A stretch of DNA of 55,086 nucleotides. Origin: a virus (Duplodnaviria > Caudoviricetes). Shown here one piece after another: positions 32,103 to 40,958 of the stretch. Where the stretch lies: positions 1 to 55,086 of the IMG/VR virus record IMGVR_UViG_3300021976_000018. The stretch is one strand, 5' to 3'. Under the pieces are notes generated by a model. That model did no database searches, was not told the DNA's origin, and saw only the letters and a program-made list of their open reading frames with translations. Made by a program: the position numbers and the translations under genes. The stretch's first letter is position 1. The number at the start of each line of letters is the position of its first letter.

Positions 32103-32135
32103 CAGGGGCGGGACACAGAAGGAGGCGAGGGGTGA
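31863..32135 (+). CDS. Hypothetical protein
   Basis: GGAGG RBS; CDTCGKPI...HPTC. Confidence 0.55.
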   Translation: MGDGLFCDTCGKPITGVANTRAIWDGAETSDSWAWHPTCNPPPFPQDGPAERVGPGEWVDITDHVVDATVSPGRPPGTTGQGRDTEGGEG

Positions 32136-32911
32136 GCGAGCCGCAGCGACGATGGTGGTGCGTCAAGATGAACCTGCTCGGCGACCCACCCGTCGAGGAC
32201 ACGTCCGGCATCACCTGCGGTCCGGACCAGCAGTGCACCGGGGGACGCCGGGAAGGCGCGGCCTGCGGGTGGTATCTGCTCGTGCCGGAACCTTACGGCG
32301 ACGAGCCTGACGAAAACGCGGAGCCCTGCGACTGGGGAGGCGTCATGCGCGGCCGACTGGGTGCCGGCGGTGACGTGGCGCCAGTACACAGTCGGCTTCG
32401 GGCGGGACAGCGAAGACGGAGGCGAGAAGTGATGGGCGTCGATGTCGTGTTCAAGGCCAGGCCGTTCACCGTCATCTCGTCGGACGCCTATCGAGAGTTG
32501 CGTCAGGCATTCCATGAGACGTTCCCGGACGACATGCCGGAGGAGTCCCACCGCTACCCGGACCTGCTGTGGGACGAGTACGAGCGGGTGCCGACCATCG
32601 AGGTCCGGTCACTCAGCCGCTACTACGGGCCCGGTTATGAGCGGGGGCAGTGGCCCAACATCAAGACGATGGGATCGCGGGTACGGCTGATGGGCCACAA
32701 GCCGTGGGACCTGCCGTGGCGTCGAGCCGAGAGACGCCGAGGCAAGCGGGAGTGGCGCATCGAGGTCTGGCCCGATGAACTCGATGGCGGATTCGGTGCC
32801 GAATGCGTGGACCTGCCCGGCTGCATCAGCCAAGGCGACACCGAAGTCGAAGCCAGAGCGAACCTGGATGACGCCATCGACGAATGGCTGGCAGCCGCCG
32901 ACCGCGACTGA
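32132..32911 (+). CDS. Mosaic ORF ending in a HicB-like antitoxin domain, with a probable internal start at 32432
   Basis: C-terminal IEVWPDELDGGFGAECVDLPGCISQGDT.VEARANL.DAI.EWL; second GGAGG RBS before ATG 32432. Confidence 0.65.
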   Translation: MSEPQRRWWCVKMNLLGDPPVEDTSGITCGPDQQCTGGRREGAACGWYLLVPEPYGDEPDENAEPCDWGGVMRGRLGAGGDVAPVHSRLRAGQRRRRREVMGVDVVFKARPFTVISSDAYRELRQAFHETFPDDMPEESHRYPDLLWDEYERVPTIEVRSLSRYYGPGYERGQWPNIKTMGSRVRLMGHKPWDLPWRRAERRRGKREWRIEVWPDELDGGFGAECVDLPGCISQGDTEVEARANLDDAIDEWLAAADRD

Positions 32912-32924
32912 CCCGGACGCGCAA

Positions 32925-32956
32925 CAGCCCCCCGACCCGGAGGCCGAGGGGGGCTG
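32925..32956. terminator. Hairpin terminator between convergent operons
   Basis: CAGCCCCCC / GGGGGGCTG stem. Confidence 0.65.
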
Positions 32957-33122
32957 CAACGTGGTGCCGCTACGAACCGACAGGTTCACGCTTGACGCAC
33001 CGCAATGGGAGGCGGCAGCCAAGGGCGCCAGCGACCACCTCCGAGTTGAGAAGTGCCACCCTCGCATCGGTTCGACCCGAGCACAGCTGCCTTTGGGGGC
33101 GGCGTGGGTACCCCGCAGCTCG

Positions 33123-33197
33123 TGGCAGCGATGGGATTTGAACCCACGACCTCAGGGTTATGAGCCCTGCGAGCTGACCGGACTGCTCCACGCTGCT
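33123..33197 (-). tRNA. tRNA-Met(CAT), initiator (fMet) type, CCA not encoded
   Basis: AGCAGCG acceptor arm with an A1:C72 mismatch, anticodon arm CAGGG-CTCATAA-CCCTG with three G-C pairs, T arm GTGGG-TTCAAAT-CCCAT. Confidence 0.93.
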
Positions 33198-33287
33198 GGC
33201 CCTCAGCGTAGCCCGGAAGCGGCACTGCCCCCACCAGCCGAAAGCCAGTGGGGGCAGTTGGTTGTTGCAGAGCTTCGTAACCCGGCC

Positions 33288-33635
33288 TCAGCGTACGTCG
33301 ATGACCTCGGGCCGGTTTGGCACGGCCCAGACGCCGGCAGCCACAGCGGCGGCGATGGCGACGTTCAGCCACAGGGCGTTGGTCATGTGTTCCCCGTTGG
33401 CGAGGTAGCCGCCCAGCAGACCGAGCCCGGCGAGCGCACCCGCGGTGACGGCCTTGGCCTTGTCCCACAGCGGCAGGCCGACGTTGGCGGTGACGAACAC
33501 GGCGAACGCGGCGACGCCGGCCGTGGCGACCTGCACCCACTCGGGGTGCGTGATGGTGTCGTCGGTCATCGCGGCGGCGACCGCCATCACGACGGCGCCG
33601 ATCACTGCGGTGATGGACTTTGCGTAGGCACTCAC
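33288..33635 (-). CDS. Holin
   Basis: Four TM helices in a duplicated YAKSITA / KAKAVTA ... VTAN / VWAVPN unit; lies in the lysis cassette. Confidence 0.8.
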   Translation of the reverse strand: MSAYAKSITAVIGAVVMAVAAAMTDDTITHPEWVQVATAGVAAFAVFVTANVGLPLWDKAKAVTAGALAGLGLLGGYLANGEHMTNALWLNVAIAAAVAAGVWAVPNRPEVIDVR

Positions 33636-33851
33636 CGGAGACTCCTGGCTCCGCCGGCACGGTTGAAGGCCCGGCGGATCTCAGCCGCCAGATCCTCCGG
33701 GGCTTTGCCCGTGAAGTGGATCTTCACCTCGATCGATGGAGTCGGGCAGCCATCGCTAACGGGAACGCAGCACATTCTGTCCTCCTTGTTGGATTCGGGC
33801 GCGACGGTCTGGGACCTCGCGCACACGCCGAGGGGTCGTGGTAGGTGATGA

Positions 33852-34301
33852 TCACGGCGTGGTCTCGACGTCGACGCAGACACCGGCGCCCGGGTCCCAG
33901 CGGCGGTCGGGTAGCTCGTTCACGATCTGCTCGAGGGCAGGGGTCAGCTGCTCGGTGAGATGCGCCCGGTAGGCGGCGATGTCTTCGGGGGAGGCGGCGG
34001 TCACGGTGAGGATCAGAGCCTCCCCGCCCGCGGTCCCTGACGCGACGCCGCCATCGAGGACCATGTCGCGGAGGATGCGGCGGGTCTCGGCGGCGTCGTC
34101 GCATGACCGCTCGGCGGCTGCGAGGCGGGTGGCTTCGATGGTGGCGTCCTGGCGTTCCTGCCGGTCGTTGAACGTCTCCTGGCGGATGAACCCCCACACC
34201 GATGCGCCGCCGAGGACGACGAAGCCGAGGAGGACCCCGGCGAGCGACTGGCGGACCGACACGGCCCGGCCGTCACCGACCGTGTCGTCGGTGGCTTTCA
34301 C
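33852..34301 (-). CDS. Lysis-cassette membrane protein
   Basis: One TM helix followed by a helical domain with two Cys; GTG 34301. Confidence 0.6.
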   Translation of the reverse strand: MKATDDTVGDGRAVSVRQSLAGVLLGFVVLGGASVWGFIRQETFNDRQERQDATIEATRLAAAERSCDDAAETRRILRDMVLDGGVASGTAGGEALILTVTAASPEDIAAYRAHLTEQLTPALEQIVNELPDRRWDPGAGVCVDVETTP

Positions 34302-34389
34302 TGGGCTGCGTCCAGCCACCAGGCCACGACCGCACCCACGGCGAGGGCGATGAGGGCGAGCCGATCCCGGTAGATGAACAGCAGCCGCA

Positions 34390-34611
34390 TCACACCTCGG
34401 CTCCCGGGTCCGGGACCAGCGGCGGAGGAGGAGGCCCGGTGCGCACCTTCCCATACAGACGCGCCGCCTCCGTGCTGCCAAGCGCCGCGCCAATGAACGC
34501 CAACGCCGCCGGCCGTGCCCCCCAGAACGCCAGCTCGCAGGTCCCCCACCCGAGGGCCACCACGAACTTCGCTGACCGCTCGAACTGCTCGGAGACGAGG
34601 CGCCTCCACAC
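34390..34611 (-). CDS. Small membrane protein of the lysis cassette
   Basis: Two hydrophobic stretches, downstream of the endolysin. Confidence 0.5.
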   Translation of the reverse strand: MWRRLVSEQFERSAKFVVALGWGTCELAFWGARPAALAFIGAALGSTEAARLYGKVRTGPPPPPLVPDPGAEV

Positions 34612-34639
34612 GCGCTACCTCACCCTCGGGTAGGTCACG

Positions 34640-35440
34640 TCAGCCGTCGACGCGCAGGGTGTTGAGGTAGTCGAACTTGGCCTTGCTGACACCCCACACC
34701 AGCGCGCCCTCAGGCGGGCCCCAGCTCTCGCCGTCGACCTTCATCGTGACGAGCGGCCGTTCCGGGTCGTGGGTGGGGAGCAGGTGCAGCACCGCTCCGG
34801 TGTCCTTCTGGCGTGCGAACCACATCGGGTCTTCCTCCAAGGGTTCAGGGGTGGGCTCGGGGACGGGGGCCTGCGGGCGCAGGTCGGCGGTCAGGTGCTC
34901 GTAGTGGGCGAGGAACTGCGGCCACGGGAACGAGCGGCCGGGGTCCGTACGGCGGGCGGGGTCGCGTTCGGCGTGCGAGATGAACCCGGGGATACGCATC
35001 TCGGACTCCACCCGGTTGATGCGCCGCGCCGGAATGAGAATCCCCCGCCGGTCACGCAGCCAGCGGGCGTACCGGGCCGCTGCTGCTGCCGCTTGGTGGA
35101 CGGCGCCGTCACGCCACGCCTTCGGAGCCAGCGGCCACACGTCCGCTCGAGTCGCGACGGACACGCCGTAGCTGTGCCGGTTGCTGCCGGTGCCGTCGTG
35201 GTACGCCTCGCAGTCGTAGGCCACGAGGTTGATGCAGCTGTCGGAGTCGACGAGGTCGTGGTACGAACCCGGGTCGCTACGGGTGCGGACGAAGTTGGCG
35301 ACCGCCTCCGCCCCGCCGTCGAATGCCACGAAGTCCGGAGTGTTCTCCGCAGTGTGAACACAGACCACGCCGCTCGGGGCTTCCCGCCTCGGGCGACGGA
35401 ACTGCGAGCTCGCGGGCGGGTGGGTGTCGAGCCAAGCCAT
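34640..35440 (-). CDS. Endolysin, N-acetylmuramoyl-L-alanine amidase (Amidase_2)
   Basis: VCVHTAE, SYH.LVD, AYH...N..S.GV, ISHA..DP..RTDPG..FPW. Confidence 0.9.
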   Translation of the reverse strand: MAWLDTHPPASSQFRRPRREAPSGVVCVHTAENTPDFVAFDGGAEAVANFVRTRSDPGSYHDLVDSDSCINLVAYDCEAYHDGTGSNRHSYGVSVATRADVWPLAPKAWRDGAVHQAAAAAARYARWLRDRRGILIPARRINRVESEMRIPGFISHAERDPARRTDPGRSFPWPQFLAHYEHLTADLRPQAPVPEPTPEPLEEDPMWFARQKDTGAVLHLLPTHDPERPLVTMKVDGESWGPPEGALVWGVSKAKFDYLNTLRVDG

Positions 35441-35451
35441 GGTACATCTCC

Positions 35452-35745
35452 TCAGCGGTGCTGGACGTAGAGCTGCATGGTGCGGTCGTCGACGCGGCCC
35501 TGCGTAGTGGTGATCCGGGCGGTGAGCTGGACGAAGGTGTCGGCGGTCCCGCCTGACACCCAGGCGACGACCTCCGTACCGTCGTGCTCGACGTCATCGA
35601 TCTCCACGGTGTCGCCCTCGGCCTTGGTGACATCGACGGACGCGATCGTGTCGCCCGCTGGCAGCCACGATGCCCATTTCCACTTGTAGTCGAGGACGGC
35701 GTCGGGGTCGTGTGGATACGTGGGTGGGGGCGCGATGTCTGTCAT
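35452..35745 (-). CDS. Tail fibre adaptor-like virion protein
   Basis: HDPDAVLDY.W.W..WL..GDTI...WVSGG......T.RITT..GR.DDRT. Confidence 0.7.
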   Translation of the reverse strand: MTDIAPPPTYPHDPDAVLDYKWKWASWLPAGDTIASVDVTKAEGDTVEIDDVEHDGTEVVAWVSGGTADTFVQLTARITTTQGRVDDRTMQLYVQHR

Positions 35746-37154
35746 GTGACCACCAGCGTCCTTGTCTCGGAGGGGACGGTGAGCGTGCGGGTCTCGGCTT
35801 CGACGGTCATGGTGCGCTCGGGCGGGGTCGGGGCGATGGTCCCGGTGACGCCGCCGCTGGCGCTGAGCACGCCACCACCGACGAGTACGCCGGAGCCGGA
35901 GACCCGACGGGTTCCGGACGCCAGGAGCACACCTCCACCCTCAAGTACGGCGGAGCCTGTGATGGTGCCGGCAACGACGCCGGCTGCAGTGAGCTGACCG
36001 CCGCCGGCCAGGAGCCCAGCACCGTGCACGGTGCGAGACCCCACAGCGGCGAGCGTGCCGCCGCCATCGAGTGAGCCCTGCCCGTTGACTCGCCGGGCAC
36101 CGGCGGCAGTGAGCTGTCCTCCCCCACCGAGTGCTGCGATACCGGCAACCACTCGATGGCCGGAGGCCGCGAGCGTCCCGCCTCCCGTGAGGGCAGCCAC
36201 CCCGTGGACGATGCGCTCACCGACTGCAGAGAGAACGCCTCCGCCGGCGAGAACACCAGCACCCGTGACCGTGGGCGACGCCTCGCCGGACGCCAGGAGC
36301 ACGCCCCCGCCAGCCAGGGCTGCGGCGCCGTGCACTCGGCGGGTACCGATGGCCGACAGCACGCCCGCCCCGGTGAGCGCACCGGCCCCGTAGACGGTCC
36401 GTCGCCCGGTTCCTGCGAGGGTGCCGCCGCCCGTCAGTGAGCCAGCGCCGTCGACGACCCGGTGCCCCGAGGCGACGAGTGCGCCGCCACCCTCCAGGAC
36501 GCCGGAGCCTTCGACGGTCTCCCCGCCGGCGACCGCTCCGCGCACCGCCCACGTGATCACTGTGCGGCCGGACGCCTCCGCCCCGCCGGCCTGCCATGCG
36601 GCCGGGTTGATGCTCGACGCCGTCACGGTGTTGGTACACGAGTCGAGCCGGGTGGCGGTCGAAGAGATCGACTGCTGGCTGTTGGGCAGCGGGTCGGTTG
36701 GGCTCGGGAAGGGGTCCTCGTTGGAGGCGTAGGTGGTGCCGACCAGTGTCTCTTCGCTGCCCCACGGGAAGTTGAGGTTGGGTGGGTCCGGCGAGTTGGA
36801 GGTGAACGCGACGGCTGGGGGTGTCGCCGGGTCGTGGCCGGACAGGCGTCGGGCGACGGCACTGAACCGGCAGGTGTTGACGGTCGTGACCGTGATCGAC
36901 GCCGGTGGCGTGGCGGCGAAGTCGATGTAGGCGTACGACGCGGTGACGCCGGTGCCTTCGGTCGCGGTGCTGTCGGCGAGCTCGGTCCACCCGGCGGGGA
37001 ACGTCGTGCCCGGCGAGAGGTTGTTCTTGCCGGTCGCCATCTCGATCAAGACCCGGCTGCCGATGACCGTGCCTGACGGCATCGTCACGACATGGGACGT
37101 CGCCAGCGTGTCACGGAAGCTGGTCTGGACCGCTTCGACGACCGGAGCGGCCAT
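35742..37154 (-). CDS. Minor tail/fibre protein with Gly-rich repeats of about 22 aa
   Basis: Repeated VxGxGxLxGGGxLxAxGxR units after a beta-rich N-terminal domain. Confidence 0.75.
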   Translation of the reverse strand: MAAPVVEAVQTSFRDTLATSHVVTMPSGTVIGSRVLIEMATGKNNLSPGTTFPAGWTELADSTATEGTGVTASYAYIDFAATPPASITVTTVNTCRFSAVARRLSGHDPATPPAVAFTSNSPDPPNLNFPWGSEETLVGTTYASNEDPFPSPTDPLPNSQQSISSTATRLDSCTNTVTASSINPAAWQAGGAEASGRTVITWAVRGAVAGGETVEGSGVLEGGGALVASGHRVVDGAGSLTGGGTLAGTGRRTVYGAGALTGAGVLSAIGTRRVHGAAALAGGGVLLASGEASPTVTGAGVLAGGGVLSAVGERIVHGVAALTGGGTLAASGHRVVAGIAALGGGGQLTAAGARRVNGQGSLDGGGTLAAVGSRTVHGAGLLAGGGQLTAAGVVAGTITGSAVLEGGGVLLASGTRRVSGSGVLVGGGVLSASGGVTGTIAPTPPERTMTVEAETRTLTVPSETRTLVVT

Positions 37155-37158
37155 GGGT

Positions 37159-37560
37159 TCAGGTCGCCAGGAGGAGGTTGACCTCGATGTCCCCGGCCGG
37201 GATCACGAAGTCGTCGCCGACCAGCAACGCGTTGGCGGTCATCAACCCGTCGCCGAGGAACGTCCCGGCCGTCACGAGCGTCCACGCCGACCAGTGCGTG
37301 TAGTCCTCGGCGGCGGCGACGTCGACCCACGTGATGTCGGTGTCGTTGAGGATCCGGCGGGTCGCGGCGTTCGTCGCTGGAGAGCCGAACGAGGCCTGCG
37401 TGCGGGTCGTGTTGTCGGCGATGTTCGCCGTGCCGGCCGAGCCGGGGTCGCCGTCGTGGAGCTGGATCCACACCGCAGTGGGGGCGGTCCAGTTGGCGGC
37501 GTTGCCGAAGCCGTTCAGGATGCTGTCGGCGATCGACTGCGAGAAACCGAGGGTGGTCAT
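37159..37560 (-). CDS. Minor tail protein
   Basis: WIQLH.GDPG.AGTAN...R....F...THW..W...TAGTFL; AGGAG RBS. Confidence 0.75.
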   Translation of the reverse strand: MTTLGFSQSIADSILNGFGNAANWTAPTAVWIQLHDGDPGSAGTANIADNTTRTQASFGSPATNAATRRILNDTDITWVDVAAAEDYTHWSAWTLVTAGTFLGDGLMTANALLVGDDFVIPAGDIEVNLLLAT

Positions 37561-37587
37561 GGGTCTCCTTGCGAGGTCAGGTGGTGG

Positions 37588-40056
37588 TCAGGCCGGCGAT
37601 AATTGCCAGGTGGTTTCCCACAGGCAGCCACCCTCTGACCACTTGTGGCCGATGGACTCGATGAACTCGTTGTCGTCGATGCCGAGCCCGGTGCTGCCGT
37701 TGGCGGTGAGGTGGATCATGTGCCCGACCCGGCGGCGGATCGCCTGGGCACGGTAGGCGGCGGACTTCGACGCGTAGAACGAGATCGACACGGGCGGTCG
37801 TTGGTCGCCGGAGGCGGCGAGGAGGGCGTCGCCGTACGCTTCGGCGTCGGCTTCGGTGGCGTGGAGGTTGGAGGGGCTGCGGTGCGGGAGGATGGCGTTG
37901 TGGTCGTCTTGAGAGGCGATGTCGTCGACGGTCACGAACCGGCCGTCGCCGCCGGTGGTGTTGGGGTTCTGGAGGGTGGCTTTGGTGTGGGGGCCGTTGT
38001 AGCCCCGGACCGCGAAGACGACGGACTCGTTGATGGTCCCGCCGTCGAAGCCATGGAAGATCGTCGGGTCTTCGGACTCGGTGCAGTCGACCTTGTAGGC
38101 GTGAGCGACACCGGCTTGGAAGGCGGCGGTCCCACCGGCGACGATCCCGCTGATGAACCCGTAGCCATCAGGTGGATCAAAGTCGTCCGAAAACGAGATG
38201 CCGGCGACGCTGGCGATCGCCGTAGAGGCAACGATGAACAACGTTGGGACCCGACCCCAGCCGTGCACGAGCGCTCCGGGATCGAACCCGGACACGGGGT
38301 CGCCCATGGCGATCCCCCGGGTCGACTGGTACCAGTCCTCGATGCGGAATATCGCGGCTGCGAACAACCCGGGAGCCACCCCAGCGTTGTCGTAGAACTC
38401 GACGGTCGTGCCGCCTTCGGTGCCGTTGCACCAATGGCTGTAGACCCTCATGCCGAGCGCGACGCCACCGTCGCGGTGTGCGGTCCACCACAGGGGGTTG
38501 AGCCAACGTTCCCCGGCGGTGTTCGCCGAGGAGGCGATGAAGATGACGAGTATGTCGCCGTTGCTGACGGTGGGGAGCGTGATGTCGACGTTCCCGGACC
38601 CGACAACCTCTGTGACGGTGACCCCCGAGGGGGCGTCGGCGGCGACACCGGCGGTCACCTGGTTGACGACGTTGGACCGCTCGTCGAGCGGGGTGATGTC
38701 GTGGTAGCCGAACTGGCCGCCGATGTCGGAGAACCAGGCTGACGGGGTGGTCGCGGCCCGGGCCGCGGCGTCAGCGTACGCGATCGGGCCCTCGTTGGTC
38801 TCGTACAGGAACCCGCGCTCGGTCTCTTCGACGAGGCGGGCCAGGTCGAGGGCCTGGCCGTCCTCGGCCCCGACCGGGCCGGTGGTGATCGTGCCTTCGT
38901 CGATGCGTGCCGGGGGGTTGAGGAGCCCGGCCCGGCTGAGGATGTCACCGACGACGAGCCCGGTCGGCGCCCCGGCGACTGCGAGTCGTGGCGACGCGAT
39001 GCCGGCCTTGGCCGCGTCGGTCAGGCTGCCCTCACCGACGATCGTCGCGACCTTCGCCCCGTCGACCGGTGTGTCGGAGCGGACGTCGATCACCTTCCCG
39101 GTCCACAGGATGCCTTCGACCTCTCCGGCGATGTGGTCCCAGACGTGGAAGTCGCCAATCTCCGGCGGTCGGCCGGAGAACTCGTTGTGGTAGCCGAATA
39201 GACCGACGAGGCTGGACGACGGCGCCGATGTCACGCCGGACGTGACCGCGACACCTCCCACGTACGCGGTGATCGTGCCGCCCAGGACATCGGCGCCGAT
39301 GGTCATGCCCTCCCACGCCTCCAGCGGATAGTCGGTGGCCATCACCGTGAGCACCCCGCCGACGACCTGCCAGATCCGCACCTCCCTGTCGACGGACTGG
39401 AAGTGCACGAACACGTAGTTGTTCGGATCGGTCCAGGACACCACCAGTCCGGCGGTGTGGATGCGGTCGGAGGCCTGTACCTGCCGGATCGTGCACTGCG
39501 CGTAGTAGTCGTCGACTCCGACGTCGATCGTCGACACGATGTCAGCCTCGAAGAGCTGGCCGGCCTGAGCGACGTTGCCCACAACCGAGAAGCTGCCCTG
39601 GCGGTTGGTCCACGCCTGGCCGGTTTCGGTGGTGCCGAGCGGGCCGTCTGGCCGGTCGAACCGGTCGCGGGCCAACAGCACCGGGTCATTGGGCACCGAT
39701 TCGACGGTCCGTACCCGGATCTTGCGGCCCGGCTGCAACGAGAACGGCGCCGTGTTGAACGGCGAGGCCGTGTTGTAGCGGGAGAACTGGTCGCCGTCGT
39801 TGCGGAGCTGCGCACGGAGCATGCCAGGCACCGCGACCCCGGACACCGGCGACGGCCGGTCGCGGCCCGACAGCGACTCGCCGGAGAGCAGGAACCGAGT
39901 GAAGTTCTCCTCCGGCTCATCGAAGTCGCCGTCGTTGTCGAGGTCCACCTCCAAGACGATCTCGGACAGCTGCGGGTCCGAGCCCTGGACGACCGACAGC
40001 GTCGCTTCGCCGCCGACCTGGACGCCGCCGGCGATGTGCGCGTCGACGACGGTCAC
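37588..40056 (-). CDS. Large minor tail protein (tail tip/hub)
   Basis: 822 aa, beta-rich; GR......PG.L...L.N....FS..N..SP pattern; downstream of the tape measure gene. Confidence 0.75.
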   Translation of the reverse strand: MTVVDAHIAGGVQVGGEATLSVVQGSDPQLSEIVLEVDLDNDGDFDEPEENFTRFLLSGESLSGRDRPSPVSGVAVPGMLRAQLRNDGDQFSRYNTASPFNTAPFSLQPGRKIRVRTVESVPNDPVLLARDRFDRPDGPLGTTETGQAWTNRQGSFSVVGNVAQAGQLFEADIVSTIDVGVDDYYAQCTIRQVQASDRIHTAGLVVSWTDPNNYVFVHFQSVDREVRIWQVVGGVLTVMATDYPLEAWEGMTIGADVLGGTITAYVGGVAVTSGVTSAPSSSLVGLFGYHNEFSGRPPEIGDFHVWDHIAGEVEGILWTGKVIDVRSDTPVDGAKVATIVGEGSLTDAAKAGIASPRLAVAGAPTGLVVGDILSRAGLLNPPARIDEGTITTGPVGAEDGQALDLARLVEETERGFLYETNEGPIAYADAAARAATTPSAWFSDIGGQFGYHDITPLDERSNVVNQVTAGVAADAPSGVTVTEVVGSGNVDITLPTVSNGDILVIFIASSANTAGERWLNPLWWTAHRDGGVALGMRVYSHWCNGTEGGTTVEFYDNAGVAPGLFAAAIFRIEDWYQSTRGIAMGDPVSGFDPGALVHGWGRVPTLFIVASTAIASVAGISFSDDFDPPDGYGFISGIVAGGTAAFQAGVAHAYKVDCTESEDPTIFHGFDGGTINESVVFAVRGYNGPHTKATLQNPNTTGGDGRFVTVDDIASQDDHNAILPHRSPSNLHATEADAEAYGDALLAASGDQRPPVSISFYASKSAAYRAQAIRRRVGHMIHLTANGSTGLGIDDNEFIESIGHKWSEGGCLWETTWQLSPA

Positions 40057-40958
40057 GAAGCCACAATTTCGAAGTTGACGACTTGGAAGGGTGGGTTGCC
40101 GGTGTCGGAGCTGCCGCCGAGCGCGGTGCCCAGGGTGTTGGCGACGACCGCGCCACCGACTCCGGCGATGTCGCCTTCGTGTGTCGAGTTCCAGGAGGTG
40201 ACGGTCTTGCGCTGGATCCAGTGGTTGTTCGACGACCCGGCGCCGTCGTTGACCCTGGCGTGCGACGTGGCCGAGTCGAGCGGGTGGACGTGGTCGACGT
40301 TGCCACCGGTACCGCCCAACGTCGCGCCGGTGCCCGAGGTCGCCTTGCCCAACGGGAAGCGCTGCTGCAGGTTGGGGACGTTGAACGTCGTCGACCCGTT
40401 ACCGACCCCGTACGCGGTGCCGATCGCCGCGAACAGCGCCGCGAACGTGGAGCGCGAGACCGCCTGACCCTGGCACAGCAGTCGCCCGGGCGCAGCCGTG
40501 GCGCGGGCCGTGGGGATGATGTCGCCGACTTCCAAGCCGTTGCCCTCCTCATCGTCGAGGGTGATCCGGGGTGTGACACGGATCGCGTCGCCGTTGAACT
40601 CGACGCTGACCGGGGCAGGGAACTGCTCGAACCAGCGCAACGCCCCCCCGCTGGTGAGCGTCACGTAGTAGCCGTAGACCAGCTGCGCTGTCCCTGTGCT
40701 GGACCGGGTGAACGTCTGCTGCGCATACACGCCGGTCGACGGGTTGGCCTGCGTCGTCACCCACGACCCGCCTGTGAGCGCCTTCGACGTGTACCCGGCG
40801 AAGTTCGCTTCGGTGAACGCCGCCGCGGTCAGAGCATCCACCTGGGGGGGTGTGAGCCCTGTCGTGGCGTCGTTGCGGAACAGGCGCAGCGTGTAGTTGG
40901 CGGCGAGGATCAGGTCGAGGAACGCCTCCTCGCCCGCGTCCACCACGATCAGGCTCAC
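40053..40958 (-). CDS. Tail protein with tail-collar domain
   Basis: VGDIIP......PG.LLC.GQAVSR.TFA.LFAAIGT.YG.GNGSTTFNVPNL..RFP.G. Confidence 0.85.
   Translation of the reverse strand: MSLIVVDAGEEAFLDLILAANYTLRLFRNDATTGLTPPQVDALTAAAFTEANFAGYTSKALTGGSWVTTQANPSTGVYAQQTFTRSSTGTAQLVYGYYVTLTSGGALRWFEQFPAPVSVEFNGDAIRVTPRITLDDEEGNGLEVGDIIPTARATAAPGRLLCQGQAVSRSTFAALFAAIGTAYGVGNGSTTFNVPNLQQRFPLGKATSGTGATLGGTGGNVDHVHPLDSATSHARVNDGAGSSNNHWIQRKTVTSWNSTHEGDIAGVGGAVVANTLGTALGGSSDTGNPPFQVVNFEIVAS

Noticed and set aside
35850-36520. Periodic repeats as a CRISPR array or diversity-generating retroelement
   Set aside because: Degenerate coding repeats of a Gly-rich tail protein. There are no identical repeats with unique spacers and no cas or reverse transcriptase gene in the window.
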